NCBI GenBank assembly: GCA_000934665.2
Contig: JYFJ02000570.1
Coordinates: 62,001 to 120,999, forward strand
Direction: 5' to 3'
DNA: 58,999 nucleotides
DNA from: Catajapyx aquilonaris
Lineage: Eukaryota
Within the stretch, counting starts at the first letter, position 1; every line of letters begins with the position of its first letter. The position numbers were made by a program, and so were the translations under genes. Of the stretch, positions 12,207 through 24,774 are shown piece after piece. Below the pieces are notes generated by a model. It had not been told where the DNA came from. It saw only the letters and a program-made list of their open reading frames with translations, and did not search any database.

Positions 12207-12471
12207 ACCTCGATACTGACACTCTCTCCAGCTTGTACTTGTCGTAAAGAAAGGGCGCCACGAAATACCATAACATATCCTTGTATATATTTTCTACGGA
12301 AATTTATACAATTCAACAATCAACATAAAATGTTTGATTTAGGTTACATTTGTTTAGCCTTATTAGTGTGTTAAGTAAAATAATGTGATAATTTGTGTTT
12401 CAGTTATATTAAGTAAAAAAGGCATATTCTTTATACAGTATGTTATTAATTATCAACCAATATTTTCCCAG

Positions 12472-12858
12472 GGCACTCTCTGAAAAGCAACGTGTATCCA
12501 TGGTACACAGCGTTGCGATTTTTTAAAAAAAATGCAAATTGTGTACTGCATTATGTACACTCGCGAGCATAAAGATGGAGACGGCCGGCCCTCACCTTCG
12601 GCAGGCTGCTCTGTCAATCTCAGCAATTACGGTATCAAATATACTGTCATAAATACACGGACACACGCTTGAAGCAGCAAACTCGGTCCAAAAAATAGTT
12701 CATTAATTTGAGTCGGATAAAGAAAGGTCAAAAAAGGGCCTGCCGTCTCCATCTTTATGCTCGCGGGGGTACATTAGTTAGTACAATGCAATACACAATT
12801 TGCATGTTTTTAGCACAACGCTGCAGTGTACCATGCATACACATAGTTTTTAGAGCGC
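12472..12858. mobile_element. MITE-like element with ~110 bp imperfect TIRs
   Basis: CGCGAGCATAAAGATGGAGACGGC (~12562-12585) is the exact reverse complement of GCCGTCTCCATCTTTATGCTCGCG (~12742-12765); similarity extends outward to both ends. Confidence 0.7.
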
Positions 12859-15426
12859 TTAAAACTTGTCATAGCTAAAATCCTGCTCTATTGAAAAAAT
12901 GCTTGTGGATCTCTGCGAGAGCCAATAATAAATTGATATGAAGAAATATGATGAAAGAGAGCTAACTCTTGCACCGAAATTGTGGGCAATTGTGGGCCTA
13001 CGTGGAGATTTAAAACGCGGATTTAAAAATACCTGCATAACTGCGAGTTATTTTATGCCAAGGATAATTCCTGGTTTAATCCCGGTATTTGAACTCAATA
13101 AAAAGATATGACAAGGATGCATCGGGGAATCCCGTCACAATTCATAAGGCACAGTTTTAAAATGACAGGAAAAGTGGTGATGGACATTGGTTTTTGAGTC
13201 ATTCTCATGTGATGGATGCTGGAATTTTCACTGGCATTTCCCCATGACATTTTTGGCCTGATAGTCATCTGAAGATCTGCGGTTTTCATCAAGGCGCTTC
13301 CTTTCTCCTGCTAACAGTGTACACTACTGGTTTGCCAGCTTTTCTGACTTTAGGAGGCAAATCCTGAACAATGCACCTATAACTACTAAGATTCCAACTC
13401 CACCATGTAACGCAAAGACATAAGGAAACTGACTGTTCAAGGTAGACAAATATACCTCCTGAAGGCCACGTGTCAACAACTTTGATTTTAATGCCACTAG
13501 AGTAGGCCATATCATGTGATTTTTTTTTTTTTTTACAGTTACACAGTGACAAAAGCATATTACTCAAAGCACGCAGAAAAACATCATTTATGACTCCATA
13601 CAGGGTCATATACAACATTTATAGCCCTTGGGCACATCTACCTAAACGAGCTTCCCACCCTTCGGTACATGTAATTACACCTCATTTTTTATTGTTTTAT
13701 ACTCGATTATTGCTTGTGGCAAAACCGACAACATGCATGGAGGTATCGGATGAATAGGTAATAGTTTTTTTTAAACACGTTATGCAACACAAAGGAATTT
13801 GCTGATCATGGAATCTTCAGGAAGTTTCTCCGGAAATTCCTACCGTTTTCTACCTTCCGTCGTATTTGAAAGTCTAGACTTAGGTAAGACATCCGTTCAC
13901 TTACGAAAATTAATATTAACTCCTACAAAATGGTGCAGTAAATCCTTCAAAACATGATACATTGCAAAACTTGTAATTGTTTTCATTCCAGTAAATTATC
14001 TCGTATCATATCAGGCGATAACACGTCACGTTCTAGACATCACTTTTATATGCGTCACACGACCGCAATGTCACTGTCACACTACACATGTAGCGATGTC
14101 CAGATTCTTATCTTCCTCATGACGTACACAAAAAAAAGTGCTCAAGACCGGTATTAATATTCTGCAATGCCCACCAACGACCTTGTCATATAGCACACCG
14201 TACGTGTCGCTAATGCGTGAAACCGCTGTATGCAGTGAAAGCATAGAACCACGGTCATATCCGCCAAAATTAGAATGGGTGGAGACAACGCAATTTTAAC
14301 TATTTTTAAGCTAATTGCACAGTATTTTTACATGCTGAAACAATGAGCAATATTTCGTTGTATCGTTGTCCAACTCTCCCTGATGTTTACGCACGATACC
14401 ACGTTGTCTCGCTACATACCCCGCCAATTTTCAGAACATCTGAGGCGATGAGATGTCGAGACAACCCGGACATGGTACCGGTGCATAGTGAAAGCGGACG
14501 CACTTTTACGCAAACCATTGCACCATGCTGCTTCCTTCCGTTTTGTAGAAGAATCCTACTGTGACAAATGACAAAATTCTTCAGAGGGGAAAGTGCATGG
14601 TGTGCTCCTTATTGCCAAGGGCGAGCCTAATGATAGTCTTATGGATGCTGATGTAGATATGCCGAATCTTCCTGGTGACTGGCCTTGGAAGAATAACCAC
14701 GCCCTGTAGCTCTGGATACATCACCAGGATTTCGTGACTGTAAAGTAGCGTCCTTCGTCACTTGTGTTGTCATAAAAATGAAAGCTCGCATAGGAAAGGA
14801 AACTAGCAATTTGGTCACAGCCCCATGGCTCTTTTTGAGAATAACAACGGAAAAAAATATGACTTGTTTCCACATGCGTACTTTAGATGAGTCCTTCTAG
14901 TGTGACGTCCACGGAACCAATAAATTGGACCGCCATTTTGGAACTGTACCGGCCGCACGCCCACGTCCGGATTAGCGCAATACCGGTGATATTTGCAACA
15001 ATCGTGCAACCGCAAAAAAATAATATCTAACATGAACTTAAAACTAGTGACAATTCGGAATGAAGTTGACCACGACCTAAATAGCTACGGGGCACCCTTG
15101 TAATGATCCTGATCAAAAACCTGGAGGGCTAATCATGGGGGCTAATCTGAGCCAATAAACTCTAGTTGGGAAAAGGGCAGTGGACTTGCGATCGAAAGGA
15201 TATGCGCATTTTGAGTGGAAATGGTTGCGTGCACGGCCTTGATCGTTCAAAAAACATCATCAAGACCATTTCCCACCAGAATAAGGACCCGTTCGTTGCA
15301 CTCTTTCCCTAATAATCACCACCCCGCCCTATTGTTAAAAGTGCTGTAATTATGGCCTCAGCGCACCGGAATTTACGGAACGCTAATAAAGTACTTCCTA
15401 ACTGACCACGGATTGACACTGGGGTA

Positions 15427-15700
15427 AGTTGACACTAGTACCCCCATCGCGGGCCAGCCGCGAGTTGACGCTATAGTACCCCATCGCGAGCCAGCCGCGA
15501 GTTGACGCTATAGTACCCCATCACGGGCCAGCCGCGAGTTGACGCTATAGTACCCCATCGCGAGCCAGCCGCGAGTTGACGCTATAGTACCCCATCACGG
15601 GCCAGCCGCGAGTTGACGCTATAGTACCCCATCACGGGCCAGCCGTGGTGAGTTGACGCTAGACCCCATCGCGGGCCAGCCGTGGTGAGTTGACACTATA
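15427..15700. repeat. 37-bp minisatellite, ~7.3 copies
   Basis: Unit AGTTGACGCTATAGTACCCCATCRCGRGCCAGCCGCG starting at 15427, 15463, 15500, 15537, 15574, 15611, 15651, 15688. Confidence 0.95.
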
Positions 15701-18700
15701 TCAGAGAGTGGTGTCACCTGCAGATGTCTCCTGTTGGACCTGAGTCCATTCTTCTAGTCACGTCCATCCACACGCAGCACAACCCTAGGAAAGAAAGAGT
15801 CTTTGGCACCTCTTTCCCAACCCATGGGATGTCCTTGAGGACTTGCAGCAGCCACTGGAAAACTACACTTGGTGTTCGGCGGGAGGCAGCAGCCGCACTA
15901 ATAAGCTGTCCTTTTTCAGCACACCTCAGCGACCACCACACCGCCACCACCCAAGCATGGAACTGGGCAACACTAAGAAGAAGCAGCCTCCTCCACCTCT
16001 CTCAAGAAGTGGTCGGGGCGGGCGGGGGCAACCAACCCGACTCCACCCTCCCACTATCAATTCCCCAACTTCGGCGTCTTTATCCCCTGCAGACTAGCCT
16101 CAGAAATAACATGTCCGCTCCTACCACTGCCAATCACCAGCCTCCTCACTGTGCATACATAATCAACCAGCCAAGGTTGCTGGCTTCTTTCATCCAGACT
16201 GCAAAAATCCGGTCCTGCAAAAATACCAGACGAAAAGAACAAAATGCTCCGAATATCTGCCAAAAGACAACGGTGGTCTTCATGTAAATTTTTTTGAACG
16301 TGCTTTCTCCTTCGGTAAACATCCTTGAAGTCACCCACTTTCACGGGCACGGTGACCAGGCGAAGTCTTTTGGAGTGTGACAACCTCCAGACACGAAAGG
16401 GCGCGTGGCCAGCACCTTCTTCTTCTAATGAAAAACTGGTCCGCCGCAATACCCCAGGCACGCCCAGGGGCGGGGAAGGGACGGCCCAGGACCCACAAAA
16501 AAAAAACAGGGGGGGGAGGGGGGGCAACCGCCCTTTACCGTGATTTTTAATGTAAAAAAAAAACAGCGGTGTCCTGTTAGAAGCGGCCTTGAGTCGGCCA
16601 GGTTCGGCGACCCGGTAATTATTACGCGGGTCGCGACCCGTTGCCAACTGGGGCGCTTTGCAGTCAACCAGGTGCAAGTTTTGCTGGCCAACTTTTGGAT
16701 GGTTTTTTTTAAAGGAGGTATGAAGCGTGGGAATTTCAAGGTGCGAAGGGTACCGCANGGGGGGGGGGGGGGGTGGACAAGAGGGAGAGAGAATTCAGTT
16801 CAGTTTTCACTAGTTTCATAATGCAGATGTGTGTGTGTCTAACCAGTAACCACCGTAGAAAGTCAAGACCGCACTATTCATGTAATATCCAGTTGGTAAT
16901 AATGTGACAAGCTGCGGAGTGTAATTGTTCCGAATGTACTAATTGGGGTGAAGAGTGGCATCCGTGGTAACTTACAATTGGAGCGGGACACCGGTTGCTC
17001 GTTGGTATCTGGAACGAATCAATTACATTGAATTTCAATAAAATTCATTGCGTAGTTGACAGCCATTGTTGCCCATTGTGGCTCGGTGCCATTTTCTGAA
17101 ATTTTCCAAACTAATTGGGAGCATGTTGAGCCGTTCCGTATGTGTACAGGAAAATATTTTGGCAGGTACAGTTGGTACTTGGGAAGGATGACGTGTGGAG
17201 GGTATGCGTGTGCAGGCGACCTGAACCTCTAGTGCTTGACTGACAGTTGCTATCATGCGACATGGGATGGACATTGAGGTTTAGACACTGCACAAAAATG
17301 CTATGTTCTACAGCTATTTTATTACAAATAATTTATACGCTTCAAATTGAGATCGGATGATTCCAAAAAATTATTGTATTTTCACAATGCACGTAGAAAA
17401 ATAAATGTCTTCTCATTACTTGCTAATTCCTGACAAGTTTCATGGAAGCTGCTACTGTATTAGTGTACCCCCCCTAAAAGGCCTTTTTGCTTGAGTCGAC
17501 CTCCAGCTCCTGACAAACAGGATTTAGCTTGTCTTTTTTTCCGACTCCCTCATTCTCGCAGCAGGGAGGATCACAACCTGTACATGATCATGCTGTTATA
17601 CCTTTTAATACTGCACATTTTAATTATTCCTTGACACTGTTATTCTTAACACTTGATTATAGCAACACCAAGTACAACACATCATCGGGTATGAGCAAAA
17701 AGTTTCCACTTCACATTCCTGCATAAACATTCAATTCTACCTCCAAAATGAAGTACGCATTTCTACCAAGTAACTGAAAATTCACCGGGCAATACATGTC
17801 ACTATTCATCTAGTACCTTCACGCTATCTCTACCTTCTTATAACATAAATTACTATCAGGCACTCACATTCTTATGTTGGGCCAAAATAAATGACCAATT
17901 GTAAGAAAAATCACCCTTTACCATATTTTCTTATTCGGGACATAAAACAAGAGATTTATGATTGCACTACGTAATTGCATCATTTCATGCTGAGATCATA
18001 TTCCAATGGGTAGTCATGTACACATCGACTTACACTTGAAACCCATACTTTGGCTTGCGCACTGAAATGGTGCGACAACTGGGACACCCCACTCACAATG
18101 CATAGCCCCATGTAAATAGGCACCTGGTAAAGAGCAGTAATAATGGCTATGCGTTCACTCAGTATTACAGGTTTCCTTCCACTTGCTCACAAATAATAGC
18201 CAAATACGCTGGCTTCCACCTACATGAGCCACCTTGTGCGATAACGAACATCAGATACAGAAGACAATCAATCTCCAATTAAAAATTGCGTCTATTATTA
18301 TAAAAGTTCTATACAGTGACACTACTATGAGGAACAAAATCTTGACTAAAATAGTCTTGCTTGAGCAATGTACAACTAGGTTTGAAATTTCCTGAACCAA
18401 TTATTTTTATCTACAGTAATGTATGTATATTTTGTACTGTCACTGTAGTATGCCTTCAAGATACTTCCCTGATACATCTCTCAAAATGTGTCCTTGACTG
18501 ACAGTCTGAGAAGGACTCTTGAAGCATCATAACATGCATAGCTCAACATAATATTACACCTCAACTAGCACTGGCAGCTTCTGGGAATGCAAGGCAGTTT
18601 TTATTCACTAGTGTACGTGGGATTCCTAATTTTCTGTGCATCTTTAGTATCACAGTATCAATACATGCAAATTGGCACAATTTTTTAAATGGATGCTGGT

Positions 18701-19035
18701 GATTAGCAACAAATTAGCATGTGTGGCAATAGTTGCCATCTTGTTTACAGCTTGTTCATTGATCAGTCTTTGAGTCCACGACTGAAGGTCTGAAACCTAA
18801 GTTCAATCATTAATACTGGAACTAAAACCAAAGAATGGGACAGGAGATAGAGTGGCCCATGACAATTGGCAGATCCATCCTTTTCCTTTAAACTATTCAC
18901 TATTCTTACTTGGCAAGTGCACTTGGGACACATTTCAAAGCCTCTTGCTTCATTGAAATGTTTCAATGCATACATACACTTTGTATCACACTCGCAACAA
19001 TGTGAAATCCTTCTGACTGAAGTGGAAAAATCCTT

Positions 19036-22000
19036 TCACTTCTTGCAATGCCCCTTTTTCATATGCCTCTCAAGATTTCGCTTTGAAGTATAGACTTTTC
19101 TGCAGTGGCCACAGGTAAACTCTTGATAGTGAGTAGCCATATGACGCTTCAGGTAATCTCCACAGGAAAGGGATGCGTTGCACAGCTGAAATGGAAGCAG
19201 GATCATAGTTCAGTAAAATGGTACAACTGTAGTCTTTTTCATGTGCACAAAAGTAATCATAGCCCTTCATTTCACCCCTCCTCGTACTATCCAAGTAGGC
19301 CTACTTCCCCATCTCAGTACCTTGCAAATGAAGGTTCCTGTTGAATGCATCCGTCTGCGATGATTATAAACAGATTTCTTGGCTGCAAAACATGCACCAC
19401 AATCGTCGCATTGGTATGGCTTAGGCGCTGTAAATTAAGTTGAAATTTTAATTTTATCACAAGTGTACATAGAGTTAAGCATGACAAATATCCCTACCTG
19501 AGTGATTAAGCATGTGGGTATTCAGTAACTCTTGGCTGAAGAAATACTTGTCACAGTATTGGCACTGGAAATTGGTGGCCTGATCATGCTTGCTCATCAT
19601 GTGTCGCTTCAAGTAAGCTTCCTGTTTGAACTGGATTGAACATTCTTTGCACTCATGAACCTCATGTCTCCTGCTATGGCTCTTGAGATCATGCTCATTC
19701 CTGAACATTCTTGGGCATTTGGGACACTGGACAGATAATTTGTCCATATGCATTTGAAGGTGCTCTCTTAGTGCTTTCTTAGTGTGCATCAAACTGCCAC
19801 ATTCCTTGAAGGAGAAATAGTCATTAATTGAAACACAAAAAGGTTCAAATTGTCAAAATGGCAAATTAATTTATGAAAGCGTGCAATCCATAAACTGCCT
19901 TATTAAGAGTAATGTAAATAAAAAATTCCAAACACTGCTTCCTGTTTCAATAACTTACATTGCATATTAGGACTCCACCCTTGTGAGTAATACGATGTGC
20001 TACAAGTTTGTACTTGGTGCTGTACTTTTTCGGGCAGATGTCACACCGATAAAATATCTTCACATTGTGGATCTTCTGGTGGTTGATAAGAGTAGATTGC
20101 TGGTAGAAAGCCATGTCACATTTGTCACATTTGTATGAACGGCCTGCATGCTCTAAAGAAAGGGAAAGAATGACGTCGACAATATTATTATAATGTGGAC
20201 TAGTGATGCAGCAGGAAGGTCAGCTAAATCAGTGTTTGGGCAATATTAATACATCGTTGCTGTTGTGCACCAATACATCTTATTTTCAAGGAACCAGCCC
20301 CGGACACTTCTATCCCAGGCCAATAGAAAAAGCTGTGCCATTATCCCTTCTCGCAGTGGAGCTAGTATATCTGCAATGGAATTCTGATGTCGAACTCGCA
20401 TCTACATAAGCTCAGCACCCCTTATGGCACAACTATGCACTAACACCTACAGCTCTCGGTGTTAGTGCATAGTTGTGCCATAAGGGGTGCTGAACTTATT
20501 TAGATGCGAGTTCCTCAGCGGGATTCCATCGCAGATATACTAGCTACACTGTGGGAAGGGACAACGGCACGCAAGATGGCGGTGAGTGTCCCGACCGATT
20601 CTTCTAAGACCGTGCAAGGAACGAATGAATTATATTCTTTGCTATCAAAATTATGCAGAGTTCTTTTAGCAATGGACCAACACAACTACTTACTTCTCAG
20701 GTGTTCCCTTAAGCGAAGTGACTTCACTCTGTGGCCACAGATATTACAGATGACTAGATGGGCAGATTGGTGTCTCAGCTTGTGAGTAGCGAGCAGTTGC
20801 TCAGTAGAAAATAAGCGGTTGCACAAGTCACATTGAAAGGGCTTCACTCGGCATGGGCTACACGTTGAGAGGAACACAAGAAAAATGGCAAGTTTTATGG
20901 AAAGTAAAGAATGCAAAACAACATGTCATACTTTTGATGAATTTTGCAGGCAGTCCTGGTTGCAAAAGCCTTGCCACAAGTTTTGCATTTGTAAGGCTTT
21001 GCCGTGTGCACATCCTTGTCTCCAGTCTTCGACACATCTGGTTTGTTTTCTTTCTCACTGCAACTCTCCTCATCTGGCAAATATTCAATATCACTGTCAT
21101 CCTCTCCTTTCACTTCAAGTTTCACACGCTTTGGTTCATTTGAATTATCCTCCTCTTGGCTGCTGCATTCTTGGTATTCACTTTTGAAGTTTGTATCAGG
21201 CATTTTTCGTTTAGTCTTTTGGAGTGTTCCTTGGGTCAAGTCTACAGCACTTTCACTCAGTACAATACTGTCATTTTCGTTTTCTTGAAATGCATAAGTA
21301 TCTGCGTCAGTAGCTTGAGACACACCTTCGATGGCACATGCTTTAATTTCATCCCCACTAACACTGCTCCCCTGATGATTACTGGAGTCGGAATGATTTT
21401 CTTCATAATTATTCTCATCGAAATTACATATTTGGCAGTGATTCTCATAAACATTAATAGTTTGGCAATCACTCTCTCCAATGTCACTTCCGTGGGGAAC
21501 TTCTTCACAGGAGTTGCTCAGGTGGGTCACATCTTCACTTATGTTGCTTCTTTGGCAATCACTTTCATCAACATCACTTCCATTATATTTGTTGACATCG
21601 AAGTTGCTGTCTTGGCTATTATTTTCATTGGCTTGGCCTGCTAGGATGTAACCTTCACATAGGTCATGTCCTTGGCAATCATGCTCATCAAAATAATGTG
21701 CTTCTCCAATGTTGCTCCCTTGATAATCATCCTCTCCAATGTTGCTTGCTGGATAATCATGCTCTCCAATGTTGCTTGCTGGATAATCATGCTCTCCAAT
21801 GTTGCTTGCTGGGTAATCATGCTCTCCAATGTTGCTTGCTGGGTAATCATGCTCTCCAATGCTGCTTTCTGGATAAACGTGGTCATTAATGCTCCTTACT
21901 TGGTAGTCATGTTCACTCAGGGTGCATGCTGGGTTATCACATACACCAGTGTCGCTTATTTGGGAATCACAGTCGTCTCTGTTACAAGGTTCAATCTCAT

Positions 22001-23283
22001 CACTATTATAGAGTGCTATTTCATCATCATACTCTTGTTCAACCCCTATTCTAATGCTGCCATCCTCACAGAACTCGTTGGCACCTATACTCTCTGGCAG
22101 CATATCCCCTTCATACATTTCCATTGCGCTACCTGCACTCCCAAAGCACTCTGCACACACATCTTTACTCTCTGGCTCCCCAACTGAAGCAGTCCCTACA
22201 TGTACGTATGTGCCTTCACTCTCATCTGAAATGGGTGCCAAGAGCTCCGCATCACAACCGTCATCCTCAGTCTGAGTGGCTACCGACACCAGTTCCAAGC
22301 CCTCAGTGTCCAGCATGTGATATGAATCTACAATGTCACATACTTCTGAATCACAGCAATATTCCTGCACACCATGGGAGAAGTCACATGGCCTATCTAG
22401 ATGAAGGTCTTGAGTGTTTGGATGACCACTGTCGTCATTTTCAACTTCCCAGTCATGCCACTCTTCTGCTTGTGTCCAACTGTCCTGCGCCAGCTCCACC
22501 TGGTAAGGCACTCTCTGCGTCGAGAGATCCAAAAACTCTGGTTCTCCTTCCTCGTAGCAGCATTCCCAGGGAGGCTCCTCATAGTCCCTCAGATGAGCGG
22601 TTAAGGTGGGAGCTAAGGGAAGATCCTCATTGTAATACCCAGGAGACAACTCCATTGGACAGTACTGGTCACACTCATCACAAGTGTGTGGGGTGGGAGA
22701 CTTTTGGGGTGAGGAAGGCTCCGACCAGGTGGGCTGCAGCACCTGCACATTCACCGATGGGGACATGAGTGGCGTGGAGGTTTCTTGACAGTGCCGCTTC
22801 CATTCCGTGATAAGGGACACCAGGCTGTGGACCCCCATCCGCTGGGCATAATAGAGCACTTCGGGCATCCGCTGGGTGGGCACAGTCAGGACTCCTGTGT
22901 AGAAGTACCCCACAAGCGCACCAAGTTCCTCTGGATACAGGTGGATACCCACTGACGAGTGGAGATCATCATCCAGGACGAATGTGTCCGCACCTATTGG
23001 GGAAGACACAATTTAGACTGCCCATGCCTCCCTGCCTCACAACAAACCCACAGGTGCTATTAGTGACAGGAGTGGTGGATGACTCACGTGGATCGTGCAT
23101 GACCTTTTCCTTGAAGAACGAGCTGCAAGAGGCCAGGATGACCTTATGCGAGGCATACCTGGCCCCCCTGAACTCCAGTGTCACATCCGACAGGGTCTGG
23201 TCTCCCAGGAACAGGCCCAGGAAGTCAAAGAACGAATTCTTGTGCTTTCCAATGTCCAAACTGACCAACTCATCGGCCGACAT
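19036..23283 (-). CDS. BTB/POZ domain and multi-C2H2 zinc finger protein, ~1059 aa
   Basis: Exons 23283-23088, 22993-20932, 20857-20694, 20152-19959, 19804-19498, 19427-19321, 19185-19036(TGA); all GT-AG and phase-consistent. BTB motifs SDVTL...HKVILASCSSFF...LVGYFYTG, a long acidic linker, then an array of CxxC-x12-HxxxH fingers. Confidence 0.88.
20335..20570. repeat. Long intronic hairpin (foldback/MITE-like)
   Basis: Perfect 36-bp stem 20412-20447 / 20458-20493 with a 10-nt loop; imperfect pairing continues to ~113 bp per arm. Confidence 0.9.
21704..21876 (-). repeat. 30-bp coding tandem repeat (IGEHDYPASN), 5-6 copies
   Basis: Unit GATAATCATGCTCTCCAATGTTGCTTGCTG on the + strand, inside the large BTB-ZF exon. 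Confidence 0.93.
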
Positions 23284-24774
23284 CGCTCCCGATGGAACAA
23301 AACCAGAAGTGAACCAAAAAAGGGAGGGGAGGGGAGGGAAGAGAGAGGCCCTCTTGTCGCGTGTGACATCTGGCGGCAAGCAACGGAAACACTGGACAGG
23401 TGTACCAGACGGTACTGTATATGGCCGCGTACCATGCACGCAATGTTCCCTGTTCAAGGCCCAATTTTGCAGTTTCCTCTTTTGGCAAGGCCATCTGCTT
23501 GGGGCATCGGGGAGGAAAATGAGAGCAAAACATTTCATTCTGAAGTTAATTCCACCTGCAGCCTGGGGGTCATTTACGTAGACAGGAACAGGCAAGGTGT
23601 ACTATTAACCATAAAAGTAATGTCGCACCGTCGCACAGTGTAAGAAGGTACAGACAAAAAAATGCATCGTCAAACTTTTTTTATTATTTCCTGCCTCAAA
23701 TACAGCATGACTTGAAGCACGTTCACGAATAAACAAGTTATGTACAACAAAACGATGAACGCATTTTTTTTTTTTTTTGTATTGTAAGGAGAGACAGGCT
23801 GAGATTGAGGGGACCAAAAAATAATAAAATAAAGTGCACCTGTAAGACATAACAATCCCCAAAAGAAAAGATGGCACCAGTCCATGTTAGAATCATTTTT
23901 CCCATGCACCACCACAGGCATCGAGTGCCAGGCAACTCGTGTAATGCATGCGACAGTGCACAAATTTGCTACATTCGCCATGTTACGTGTGATTACTTCA
24001 TGTACCCTCTAAGTGTACACGCAATTACATATAACAGGCTGTATATGCGCTATTAACCTGAAGTCACTCGGAGGAAACTATATCCAAACGCATTAAATAA
24101 GCTTCTCCTCTACACATCTGGCCCTGGAGAAATAAAATGGCAGCCGAACATAAACAAGTGATTCAGGAACCCTGAACTTTTACAAAAAGAATAATCCGAG
24201 TCAAAATACCGTTTCTAAGCACAGAAACAAGAGGTTCATAGAAGAAAGGACTAAGTGCAATCTTTTCCTAATGACACCTACACGAACACTTAAAGCAGCA
24301 GTTGCATGTTATTTATTTCCCTTAGTTTTGGAAATCTTTTCCACCTACCACGCATTTTAAAAAATGTACAATTTCACATGGGAATGGAGGAGAGGATGAC
24401 AAGGAAAGGGAGCTTCTAGATATATTTTACTGGACAGTGGACAGCCACCATAGCAAAATAACAAAAGCTTCACACGCTCTCTGAGGAGGGTCGAGAGGGA
24501 AAGCAAATGATATTAGCGAGCAATTTCTTAAAAAATGTACAACTAAACCCCACACATCTATCAGCTCTTAGATCAGAAGGAGAGGAGAGGTCGAGCCAGA
24601 ATAACCAATTCGAAGGAAATTAATTTCGTTTTCCATATCCCCACTTTGCTTTCAATCATATATCTATAAATAAGGTTTGGGGAGTACGGGAAATTTCTGT
24701 AGGGATAAAAGATCTGAGTGGTGAGAGAAGGATCGGAAAGAAAGGAAATATAATGCAGGGCGATAATAGTTTAA

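Larger units (their letters stand above)
9810..12440. repeat. Large inverted repeat: foldback element or two opposed copies of one non-autonomous element
   Basis: 10017-10997 and 11289-12270 are near-identical reverse complements. Weaker similarity extends to ~9810 and ~12440; the unique spacer is 10998-11288. The ORF track shows mirrored ORFs (10326+/11960-, 10595-/11692+). Confidence 0.92.

Noticed and set aside
15427..15700. CRISPR-like periodicity (37-bp unit)
   Set aside because: Units are contiguous with no unique spacers, there are no cas genes, and the context is eukaryotic.
16758..16773. G-run with an N (similar case at ~48110-48122) as a G-quadruplex element
   Set aside because: Ambiguous bases beside homopolymers indicate local sequence uncertainty.
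18763..18975. Extra zinc-finger exon downstream of the BTB-ZF stop
   Set aside because: Cys residues lack C2H2 spacing and I found no convincing splice path; probably 3' UTR.
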